A DNA stretch of 46,743 nucleotides from Candidatus Omnitrophota bacterium (GTDB lineage Bacteria > Omnitrophota > Gorgyraeia > Gygaellales > JBFMBJ01), in assembly GCA_040755235.1 (NCBI GenBank), contig JBFMBJ010000002.1, positions 1 to 46,743 of the forward strand. The letters are read 5' to 3'. Both the position numbers and the translations under genes were made by a program. Every line of letters begins with the position of its first letter. Position 1 is the stretch's first letter. The notes below the pieces were generated by a model, which worked only from the letters and a program-made list of their open reading frames with translations, did no database searches and was not told the DNA's origin. Below are positions 36,221 through 44,148 of the stretch, piece by piece.

Positions 36221-37261
36221 TTAGAGATACAATAAAGCCTGTTTATAAAATTCTTCGTCTGGATTTAAGGCACAATCGTAATCAATATCTGCAAATCCTC
36301 TTTTCTCGCCACTAATAATGCCTCTTAAAAATTTAGTTTCGTTTGAACAATCATGCAAAACCACATTTTTCCACCCCTCTTTGGCTGCTACCTCAAAAAT
36401 ATTATATGTTAATTGCCTACTTTTTATCGGCGATACGTAACCTAACTTATAGCGATAAATAGTACCTTCTTTGCTAAAATTATCTTTGGTTTTAGGAAAT
36501 AACTGTAATTCTGCAAAATGTATATGGTCAACCCCAGTATCCAATATTGCCTTTTTCTTTTTCATAAAACTTTCGTAAAAGAGAGTAAACATAGGAGACT
36601 CAATGCAAAGATACTTAAAATATTTCCTTGCCTGGCTCATGTTTTTAATGACTTCTTCAGAACAGTTTGTTGCTGCCAAATTAAACCGTATTTCATCAAG
36701 GCCGGCATCTTTTAACTTTTTTAAATTTTCTTTGTTGGCAAGCAAGCCATTTGTATACAGCCATTGATGGTAGCCCAGATTATGAATGAATTTCATAAGA
36801 GGTAACATCTTATCCATATCCATCAAGGGTTCAAAATGTAACCACGCTACGCCGTTAAGGAATTTCTTAGCATGCGTTTCAAATAGCAATTCCATATCCT
36901 TTTCATTAAATAATCTCCTCGAGACCAGATACAAATCGTGGGGAATAAATTCCTGCTCCGTGGTTTCTTTCTCGCCAAAATAATAACAAAAAGAACAATT
37001 AAGATTACATTTAGTAGTAGTCCTAATCTGCGTCCATCTGCCTTTTAAGCAACAACGCTTACAACCAGGAGTTAAATCGCCATTACCCCAAACTGCAGTG
37101 TAGTCAAAATTGTCTAATTTTAAGCCAGGAATCTCCTTCTGGCGTTTTCTTATCTGCGAGATAACTTTTTTCTCTAATGCAACTTCAATTTCTAAAAGCT
37201 TTGCACCAGCTACTCTTTTTTCAAATTCAGATTCAGTCTGTTTTGGCTTTTTCCTAATCAT
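36221..37261 (-). CDS. Radical SAM enzyme without an obvious SPASM tail and with extra N-terminal cysteines
   Basis: 346 aa. The cluster motif is TTKCNLNCSFCYY, preceded by TPGCKRCCLKG. The stop lies 20 nt upstream of the precursor A1 start. Confidence 0.75.
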   Translation of the reverse strand: MIRKKPKQTESEFEKRVAGAKLLEIEVALEKKVISQIRKRQKEIPGLKLDNFDYTAVWGNGDLTPGCKRCCLKGRWTQIRTTTKCNLNCSFCYYFGEKETTEQEFIPHDLYLVSRRLFNEKDMELLFETHAKKFLNGVAWLHFEPLMDMDKMLPLMKFIHNLGYHQWLYTNGLLANKENLKKLKDAGLDEIRFNLAATNCSEEVIKNMSQARKYFKYLCIESPMFTLFYESFMKKKKAILDTGVDHIHFAELQLFPKTKDNFSKEGTIYRYKLGYVSPIKSRQLTYNIFEVAAKEGWKNVVLHDCSNETKFLRGIISGEKRGFADIDYDCALNPDEEFYKQALLYL

Positions 37262-37281
37262 TTATCCTCTTTTTGTTTCCT

Positions 37282-38895
37282 TTAAACTAACTCCTGCTTA
37301 GCTCCTAATTGCCTTAAAAAACTATCTGCCTTTATATCTATTCTTTTCCTTAGAATTTGGGGCAACTCAACCCTACCATATTTATGATAGTAGAAACCAG
37401 CGAATTCCTTAAACAATCCAGTAAGTTTAATCAGGGCTACTATGTTTAATGCCTTATTCAATTTTCCATCTCCCTGCTCGCTTTCAGATTTTTTGTTTAA
37501 CTCTGAAAATATTGAGTAAGCCCAAGGGTGGTTTAAACTTAACCAGGAATCTAATGCCACACAGATGTCAGAAAATCTTCTTGAAAGCGAATCAGATAAC
37601 AGGTAGATTACTTCTTTAAAAAACTCATTGCCAAATACATAAAGTAGCATAAATTTTAGATTGTCCATCCTCTCTAATTCTTCTTTGCCGAAAGTATTTG
37701 CTTGTAATACAAAATGGGGTGCTTTTTTTTCATATTTGATTTTGAATTCTTTAGCATAGTTGCGTAAATATGTCCCTGGTAAAAGCATTAATTTCGGTAT
37801 TTCAATCGAGGGCGGCTTTAAACTGCAAACCCAATTAATAGATTTCTTAAAAGATGAGTAATTGTCTCCTGGCAGACCTTCGATTATCTGAATTACATAA
37901 TTTATTTTCTTTTTATTAAGTAAGCCGATATTTTGCTTAAAACGAACTGGGCTGAAATCGCGCTTAACCAAAGCCAGTGCTTTTCTATTTGTACTTTGTA
38001 GGCCTATCTCTAAGAAACCAACTCCTGCTTTAGAAAGAAGTTCAATTAGCTCCTTATCCAATAGTTCTGCTTTTAATTCAACGTGAAGATGAGAATCTTT
38101 CTTATGTTTAATAAAGAAGCGCAATATTTCCTTTGACCTATCAATTTTTAAATTAAATGTCGGGTCCATCAAGTATATGATCTTAATATTTTTACTTAAT
38201 AAATATCTTAATTCCTCCTTTACTCTTTGCATGGAAAAGAATCTTACGCCCCAGAATTGTTTATGATAATAACAATAACGGCAACTAAAAGTGCAGCCTC
38301 GCATTGTCTCTAAACAGGCATCTTTCTTGTTAACTTTAATTGTCCCGCTTAAGTATGGAGAAGGTATGGTGTCTAAGTTTTGAATTTGTGCGCGAAAAGG
38401 AGTTTCAATAACATTGCCGTTATTTCTATAACAAAGGCCCTTGATCTTCGACAAATCTCTGCTATCATTAAGCCATGAGTCAACAAGCTCCTTAAAGGTC
38501 TCTTCTCCTTCATTTATCACAACAGCATCTATTAGCGGTTCAGCCCTTAGCAGGTTTTTTGCCTGGGCTGAAACTTCTGGACCGCCTAAAACAATCTTAA
38601 GATAAGGGAAATTGCGTTTCAGTAACCGCACTATCTCTAAGGTTTTATCAATATTCCAGACATAACAGGAAAACCCTAGCATATGAGGCTTGAGTCTGGC
38701 TAATTTAAAAGTTATCGCCTCATTAGAATCAAAAATAGAAAAAGTCTGAATCTTAATGTCAACTAATTTAGAGAACTCACTATATCTTGAAAAATAGACC
38801 TTTAGATAAGATAGGGCAAGCTCTTTATATCTATCTTTGAGATATAAGCTGACTAAAATGATTCTTTTCTTCTGCCGACTTACCTTTTTAATCAT
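37282..38895 (-). CDS. B12-binding-domain radical SAM enzyme (class B, methyltransferase-like)
   Basis: 537 aa. The N-terminus has a B12-like domain (RIILVSL...LGFSCYVWN...LGGPEV), followed by MRGCTFSCRYCYY. Confidence 0.8.
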   Translation of the reverse strand: MIKKVSRQKKRIILVSLYLKDRYKELALSYLKVYFSRYSEFSKLVDIKIQTFSIFDSNEAITFKLARLKPHMLGFSCYVWNIDKTLEIVRLLKRNFPYLKIVLGGPEVSAQAKNLLRAEPLIDAVVINEGEETFKELVDSWLNDSRDLSKIKGLCYRNNGNVIETPFRAQIQNLDTIPSPYLSGTIKVNKKDACLETMRGCTFSCRYCYYHKQFWGVRFFSMQRVKEELRYLLSKNIKIIYLMDPTFNLKIDRSKEILRFFIKHKKDSHLHVELKAELLDKELIELLSKAGVGFLEIGLQSTNRKALALVKRDFSPVRFKQNIGLLNKKKINYVIQIIEGLPGDNYSSFKKSINWVCSLKPPSIEIPKLMLLPGTYLRNYAKEFKIKYEKKAPHFVLQANTFGKEELERMDNLKFMLLYVFGNEFFKEVIYLLSDSLSRRFSDICVALDSWLSLNHPWAYSIFSELNKKSESEQGDGKLNKALNIVALIKLTGLFKEFAGFYYHKYGRVELPQILRKRIDIKADSFLRQLGAKQELV

Positions 38896-39806
38896 CTCTT
38901 CAAAGAAATCCCCCTTACAAACTCAATCATCTCTTTATCGTTTTTAAACCCTAATTTAAAACAGGGAACTTCTTTTGTTAACTGCGACGAAAATCTGATA
39001 GCATTGCCTATGCCTTTTCTATCCCAAAAGGTATGAAACGTGCAGGGATACAAAAGATTAAATGCCTTAACAGTTGGTACTAATTGGAAGGAATTAAATT
39101 TTGAGTGCTCGAGGAAAAAAACAGAGTTTAAATCAGTTGTTTCTATCTTAGAGATAAGATAGTCAGTGAATTCGCCGTGCCAAGGACAACCATAAATTAA
39201 GAATTTATCTTTATTCTTTCTAATAATAATTCTATCATCGTTTAACACTGTTGCCTCACTAAACTTATGCCAGATTCTCGCTGTAGTTGATTTGCCGTCG
39301 CCTGATTTGCCTACAAATAAGAGCCCCCTTTTATCAATATCTTTCATGCCTACTGCGTGGACAAAGATGCCGTCCCGACCTGTTATATAATTTATCAGAA
39401 TTACCTGAAGCGCATCGTAGATAATATCCTCTGGTTTCCAAGAACCATCAGCATCGGCCGTAGTTTTATAATAAACCTTTCCTCGGGTGAAATCCTGGTT
39501 AAGAAAAATCTCATGTATTTTACTTACAACAAATGTCGCTAATATAAATAAACCATTGCTTTTATACAAAGCCCAGTTTTTTTCGTTTGTGGCAGGATGG
39601 CGAGTTAGAAAAATTCTTTTCTTACTAAACTTGACTTTTGGTAATTGATTAACTACTTCTATTGTCAAAACAATTTGCGCTCGCTTTTTGCCTTTATAAA
39701 TAAAGTTACAAAAACGCCAACTTATTTTCTCGTTAATTGGCTGCATGGGAAATTTACTCTTTAGTTCTATTATTATGTCAGCAATCTTTAGTTTTAGAGT
39801 AGTCAT
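38892..39806 (-). CDS. HPr-kinase-related P-loop protein
   Basis: 304 aa. FVHAVGMKDIDKRGLLFVGKSGDGKSTTARIW...VLNDDRIII matches the HprK/P core pattern. The gene overlaps both neighbours. Confidence 0.65.
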   Translation of the reverse strand: MTTLKLKIADIIIELKSKFPMQPINEKISWRFCNFIYKGKKRAQIVLTIEVVNQLPKVKFSKKRIFLTRHPATNEKNWALYKSNGLFILATFVVSKIHEIFLNQDFTRGKVYYKTTADADGSWKPEDIIYDALQVILINYITGRDGIFVHAVGMKDIDKRGLLFVGKSGDGKSTTARIWHKFSEATVLNDDRIIIRKNKDKFLIYGCPWHGEFTDYLISKIETTDLNSVFFLEHSKFNSFQLVPTVKAFNLLYPCTFHTFWDRKGIGNAIRFSSQLTKEVPCFKLGFKNDKEMIEFVRGISLKR

Positions 39807-40854
39807 CAGACACCAAACTCGCCATTTCGCACCACCATTTTATTGGTGCTTCTAAATCGCCTGTTTCAAGATATGCATCGCCTGGACAAGTAAAGCAGTG
39901 CTTTTTTAACTGGCAAAACCTGCACTTTGAATCTGTAACATATCCTCTTTGTCTCATATCTCTAAAGACAATAAGGGCCTCTTCAATAGGGGAAGTTAAA
40001 ATATCAGAACATTCATTCCTCAGAAAAGGACAGAACAATATCTGTCCATAAGGAGTTAGGGTCAAGCTACTCCCGCAACCTGCCGAACAGTAGAAGGGAG
40101 AATCTTCTTGATTTGCCTTCCCATCAGACCTTGAGCATTCCTTAAAGAAACTTAATTGGGGGTCTACCTGCTTATTAATTAAAAGGGCTTCCCTTGGGCT
40201 TAGACGCAAGGAACAAGGAAACTGCTCATTATTAAGGCGTGCTCTAATATAAAAATCCGGAAAAAATTTAAGATTTAAACTTTCTACGAATCTCCTTATC
40301 TGCCAAATTTCTTTCACATTATCATTTATCAATATTGTTTTAATTTTTAAAGGCATCTTGTTCTTAATCAATAGCCTTAAGCCCTGCATTGACTTAGAAA
40401 AACTATCTTTAAGCCCAGAGATTTCTTCAAAAGTATCTTTTCTAATAGAATTCAGAGTGATCTCAATAACAAAAGGCGGTTTTTTTTGCAGGCGCTTAAC
40501 AATTTCTTCATTTATAGAATATGAGGTAGTAAATATAGTAATGATAAAACCCAATTTCTTAGCATAATCATAAATTTCGAAGAAATCTTCCCTTGCCAAT
40601 GGGTCTCCGCCAGTAAAACAAAGCCAGATGACCCCGAGCAGATAAAGTCTATCCAAGGTAGATTTAACCTGCTCTGTAGATAATTCTTTTTTAATAAGTT
40701 CTTTTTTGTTGTAACAGTCGCTATAACAGTATTTGCAATGGAAATCACATTTAAAGGTTAGTTCAAACTGACAGAGGTTTACACTACCGCTTTGCCAGTT
40801 TCTTTGGTGGGTTTTTAAGCTAAAGTCCTTATACTGAAGTTCTTTCATATACAA
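39778..40854 (-). CDS. Radical SAM/SPASM enzyme (paralogue set)
   Basis: 358 aa. The cluster motif is ELTFKCDFHCKYCY, followed by CFTGGDPLAR, then CSAGCGSS...GQILFCP...CRFCQLKKHCFTCPG. Confidence 0.85.
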   Translation of the reverse strand: MYMKELQYKDFSLKTHQRNWQSGSVNLCQFELTFKCDFHCKYCYSDCYNKKELIKKELSTEQVKSTLDRLYLLGVIWLCFTGGDPLAREDFFEIYDYAKKLGFIITIFTTSYSINEEIVKRLQKKPPFVIEITLNSIRKDTFEEISGLKDSFSKSMQGLRLLIKNKMPLKIKTILINDNVKEIWQIRRFVESLNLKFFPDFYIRARLNNEQFPCSLRLSPREALLINKQVDPQLSFFKECSRSDGKANQEDSPFYCSAGCGSSLTLTPYGQILFCPFLRNECSDILTSPIEEALIVFRDMRQRGYVTDSKCRFCQLKKHCFTCPGDAYLETGDLEAPIKWWCEMASLVSDDYSKTKDC

Positions 40855-40863
40855 TTTAGCAGT

Positions 40864-41181
40864 TTAAATAACCGCCTTTATCTCTTTCAAGTCTTTAAAA
40901 AGACTTTTTAGTTCTCTTTCGGCCTCTTTCTCATTTGTGTCAAATTCTTTTAACATCTTATCTTTTATGTTATCTATTGAATTTTTACCATCTATCATAT
41001 CCCAGATACGAGAAGCACAATTATTTAAAGTGTAGATGCAGTTAAGATCGTCAGAGGCCTTAAAGATCGGCACTAAGATGGTTTCTCCTTCTATTTTTCT
41101 GGTAACCATATCAGGATTTTTCTTAAATACTAAAGAATCAGATAAGTCAATTGCACTTTTTTTTAATGTTTTTTTCTGCAT
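40864..41181 (-). CDS. PqqD-family RRE protein; first gene of the long minus-strand operon
   Basis: 105 aa. The PqqD pattern is VTRKIEGETILVPI...CIYTLNNCASRIWDMIDGKNSIDNIKDKMLKEF...ELKSLFKDLKEIKAV. A G-rich SD is present. Confidence 0.8.
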   Translation of the reverse strand: MQKKTLKKSAIDLSDSLVFKKNPDMVTRKIEGETILVPIFKASDDLNCIYTLNNCASRIWDMIDGKNSIDNIKDKMLKEFDTNEKEAERELKSLFKDLKEIKAVI

Positions 41182-41377
41182 ACTGCCCCCCCTTTTTTTT
41201 CATTTGTTTATTAATAATAAGTTGAGTTGCCGGCTAGAAAACTATTGCTTCTGTAGGATTTCAAGTAAGAACGTTGGTACATTTGGTGGGTTATAATATT
41301 TTGCCTTTTAAATTTAGTTTAATCGCGGTCTTGAGGAAAGTCAAGGCAAATTTCACGGCTTTTAAGGTAAAGCCTTC

Positions 41378-41406
41378 TTGACGTAAGGCATTAACTGGGC
41401 TATAAT
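41378..41406 (+). promoter_or_regulatory. Near-consensus sigma70 promoter for the PpiD-like gene
   Basis: TTGACG (41378-41383), a 17-nt spacer, then TATAAT (41401-41406). This is 38 nt upstream of the ATG at 41445, which has a GGGAGAGG SD. Confidence 0.6.
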
Positions 41407-41444
41407 TGCAAGATTCGCTAAAAGCCATAAATAAGGGAGAGGAT

Positions 41445-42920
41445 ATGCTCAAACAATTAAGAAATAAGAAAACTGCTAAGAGAATATTCTTTTTTCTGGC
41501 GCTTATTATTGTGCCGGCATTTGTGCTCTGGGGCTCTGGAAGCCTTATCCGTGACAAGTCAAAATCTAATTTTGCCGGAGAAATATTCGGAAAAAAAGTT
41601 CCTATCGATGTCTACCGCGATTGCCTAATGGCAGTTCGCGACCAGGCAATAATCCAATTCGGTGAAAATTTCAATCAAATTCAGGGCATGTTGAATTTAG
41701 AAGAGCGCGCCTGGGAAAGATTGATACTTCTAACTAAGGCAAAACAGGAAAAAATCCGGATAAGCGACAAAGAAGTTGTAGAACAAATTGCTGACTTTCC
41801 TTTTTTTCAAAAAGACGGTAAATTTAACGAGCAAATCTACCAACAGGTGTTGCGCTATGGTTTAGGTACCACTGCGAAGATATTTGAACAACATATCCGG
41901 GAATCACTGATGATTAGCGAGCTATTCAAAAAAGCCACCCAAAATATCATTATCACCGACGAAGAGGTGTTAAGTGAGTTTAAAAGAGAAAATGAGAAAA
42001 TTAAAGTTGCCTTAATCGCTTTTAATAATAGAGACTTTGAGGTTGAGGTTTCAGCCAGTCCAGAAGAGACAAAGGATTATTTTGATAAAAATAAGGAGAA
42101 TTTCCTCTTGCCCGCTTCTATAAATATCGAATATATTGGCGCTAATCTGAGCCCTGATTCGACTGCGGAGCAAAAACAAGAGGCAAAAGACAAGCTTAGT
42201 TCTATTTTGGAACTTGCTAAAAAGGACAACGATTGGAAGGCATTGAGCGAAAAAAGCAATCTTACCTTTAAAAATACCGGTCTTTTCAGCATAGAAGAGC
42301 CTATCCCAGGGATTGGCTGGTCTAATGAGTTTTTCCAGGCAATTTTACCATTAAAGCCGGGCGAGGTGAGTGATATTATTGCAACTGAGGCAGGCTTTTT
42401 CTTGGCAAGGTTATTAGAGAAAGTCGAGCCGCGAATACCTGAATTTTCCGAAGTAGAGAATAAAGTTAGCCAAGAGATAAAAAAGGAAAAGGCAAAAGAA
42501 TTATCGCTGGCTAAGGCAGAAAATTTTAAGAAAATAATTGAAGAGAAATTAAAACAAGATAAGGTATCTGAATTCAAAAAAATAGCTAATGAGTTAAATC
42601 TTAAAACGAGCGAGACTGACTTTTTTAAAAGGAGTCAATATATCGATAATATTGGAATGTCTTTTGAATTTTCTCAAAAAGCATTTTCCCTCTTAGATAA
42701 ACCTTCGGCGTTGGAAACTGTTACTACACCACAGGCAAGTTATATAATGAAATTGGCAGGCGTAATGCAAGTCGATATGGAAACTTTTAAGAAAGAAAAT
42801 GTTGGATATCGCGGGAAACTTGCGGCGGGAAAAAAAGAAGAGGCATTTTTTAGTTTAGTACAAAAATTAAAAAACGAAGCACACCTTAAAAGTTATATTA
42901 CAAATATCACTCCACCTTAA
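41445..42920 (+). CDS. PpiD/SurA-like periplasmic chaperone
   Basis: The start is trimmed from 41406 to 41445, based on the SD and because the -10 box would otherwise lie inside the ORF. The N-terminus MLKQLRNKKTAKRIFFFLALIIVPAFVLWGSG is the PpiD-type anchor. A long helical, Lys/Glu-rich chaperone-like body follows. Confidence 0.55.
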   Translation: MLKQLRNKKTAKRIFFFLALIIVPAFVLWGSGSLIRDKSKSNFAGEIFGKKVPIDVYRDCLMAVRDQAIIQFGENFNQIQGMLNLEERAWERLILLTKAKQEKIRISDKEVVEQIADFPFFQKDGKFNEQIYQQVLRYGLGTTAKIFEQHIRESLMISELFKKATQNIIITDEEVLSEFKRENEKIKVALIAFNNRDFEVEVSASPEETKDYFDKNKENFLLPASINIEYIGANLSPDSTAEQKQEAKDKLSSILELAKKDNDWKALSEKSNLTFKNTGLFSIEEPIPGIGWSNEFFQAILPLKPGEVSDIIATEAGFFLARLLEKVEPRIPEFSEVENKVSQEIKKEKAKELSLAKAENFKKIIEEKLKQDKVSEFKKIANELNLKTSETDFFKRSQYIDNIGMSFEFSQKAFSLLDKPSALETVTTPQASYIMKLAGVMQVDMETFKKENVGYRGKLAAGKKEEAFFSLVQKLKNEAHLKSYITNITPP

Positions 42921-43086
42921 TTGCTTCAACCGGACACTGGCTGGCAACCTCTTTTAAATCGCAAGTGCTACAATTTTGTTTTATCACGTGTGCTATATTA
43001 TCATCCTGCATCTTAAAGACCTCAGGGCAGGACTGTTCGCATAAACCGCAACCCACGCAAGTGCTTGCATCAACAGTTACCTTCAT
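42907..43086 (-). CDS. Small 4Fe-4S ferredoxin (59 aa), absent from the ORF track
   Basis: My own translation: MKVTVDASTCVGCGLCEQSCPEVFKMQDDNIAHVIKQNCSTCDLKEVASQCPVEAIKVE. It has a CxxCxxC...CP motif plus a distal CP. A GGAGGAG SD lies upstream. The 3' end overlaps the convergent PpiD-like gene by 14 nt. Confidence 0.75.
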   Translation of the reverse strand: MKVTVDASTCVGCGLCEQSCPEVFKMQDDNIAHVIKQNCSTCDLKEVASQCPVEAIKVE

Positions 43087-43146
43087 ATTCTCCTCCCATT
43101 TAATTTATTTGGCTATTTTAACAAACTTTGGCAATATTGCCTATGA

Positions 43147-44148
43147 TTATTTATTGATTTTTAATTCTTTCTTAGCCGCCTCTAATACCTCCTCAACGCT
43201 TATCGCATCCATACAAGGCGCTTTGCCTTCTTTCTTACACTCGGCAAATCTATTTGTTTTTAGACAGGGTGCGCAGGAAGGCAAATTATCTGCAATTATC
43301 ATAGAGCGGAGGTGAAAATATGGATAATACGCAGTATTTGCAGTAGGGCCATAAAGGCCTATACAAGGCACATTCATAGCACTTGCAATATGAAGCAAAC
43401 TTGTATCAGAAGAGATAAAAAGCCTGCTACGCTTAATTAAAGCCATGCTCTCTTTTAAACTACACTGGTTAATAGCGCTAATAGCAGTGGTTGAAATATT
43501 CTTGGCTAAATATTTGCTATAGGCATCATTACCGATTTTCCCTAGTACGATTATCTTAAAATTAAATTGGCTACTTACTGTCTTTATCAATTCATTCCAC
43601 TTCTCAACTGGCCAGCACTTTAAAGACCAGTTACTAAACGGCCCTATGGCAATAACGCTATCTTTAGGGCTTATCCTGTTTTTAGCGAAAAATGAATCCG
43701 CAAAACCTAATTCTTGGTTATTAAAGCCGAAATCAAACCTTGCTTTTTCTTCTATCTTTATGCCATGGATTTTTAGTAAATTAAGGTAATTATCCGCTAC
43801 GTGCAAGCGGGTATTTCTTTTCAAAGACCAGATGCAAGGAATATTTAAAAAATAAAAGAATAAACTTTTTTTAAGTACTATACATAAATCAAACTTTTTA
43901 GTTCTTAAAAGTTTAATTAGCTCAATAAGTTTATAAAACCCTTTCTGCTGACCGCGCTTATCAAAAATAATAATCTCACTTATTCCAGGATAATTTTCTA
44001 GTAATTGCCTTGATTGAGAAGAGGTAAGAAAGGTTATTTTACCTCCAGGATAGGCACGCCGCAAAGGAGCAATTACTACCAAATCATAGCAAACATCGCC
44101 TATATTTGAATGGCCAATAATAAGGATACGTTTAAAATCTCTGTTCAT
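43147..44148 (-). CDS. GT9 glycosyltransferase (LPS heptosyltransferase-like)
   Basis: 333 aa with ILIIGHSNIGDV, GPFSNWSLKCWP and ISSDTSLLHIASAM, which are typical GT9 blocks. Confidence 0.7.
   Translation of the reverse strand: MNRDFKRILIIGHSNIGDVCYDLVVIAPLRRAYPGGKITFLTSSQSRQLLENYPGISEIIIFDKRGQQKGFYKLIELIKLLRTKKFDLCIVLKKSLFFYFLNIPCIWSLKRNTRLHVADNYLNLLKIHGIKIEEKARFDFGFNNQELGFADSFFAKNRISPKDSVIAIGPFSNWSLKCWPVEKWNELIKTVSSQFNFKIIVLGKIGNDAYSKYLAKNISTTAISAINQCSLKESMALIKRSRLFISSDTSLLHIASAMNVPCIGLYGPTANTAYYPYFHLRSMIIADNLPSCAPCLKTNRFAECKKEGKAPCMDAISVEEVLEAAKKELKINK

Noticed and set aside
36201-36221. The N-terminal extension (MLNRGCQ) of precursor A1 as given in the ORF track
   Set aside because: The extension overlaps the stop codon of the upstream rSAM gene. 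The SD (GGGGGTG) sits inside it, and paralogue A2 starts exactly at the internal MPTKPK methionine.
15351-41181. Lasso-peptide cluster, considered because PqqD, HprK-like and NTP_transf_5 genes co-occur
   Set aside because: No asparagine-synthetase-like cyclase and no transglutaminase-like B2 protease ORF is present. The precursors lack a lasso-type core.
41211-41282. A 23-aa minus-strand ORF (MYQRSYLKSYRSNSFLAGNSTYY) upstream of the first PqqD gene, considered as another precursor
   Set aside because: It has no SD and no similarity to the other leaders. An ORF of this length is easily produced by chance.
41291-41557. An 88-aa minus-strand ORF
   Set aside because: It overlaps the consensus promoter, the SD and the N-terminus of the PpiD-like gene. 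It has no SD and a low-complexity product.
43129-43140. A perfect 12-nt palindrome, GGCAATATTGCC, between the GT9 stop and the ferredoxin start
   Set aside because: It is too short to separate an operator, a hairpin and chance. I noted it but did not call it.
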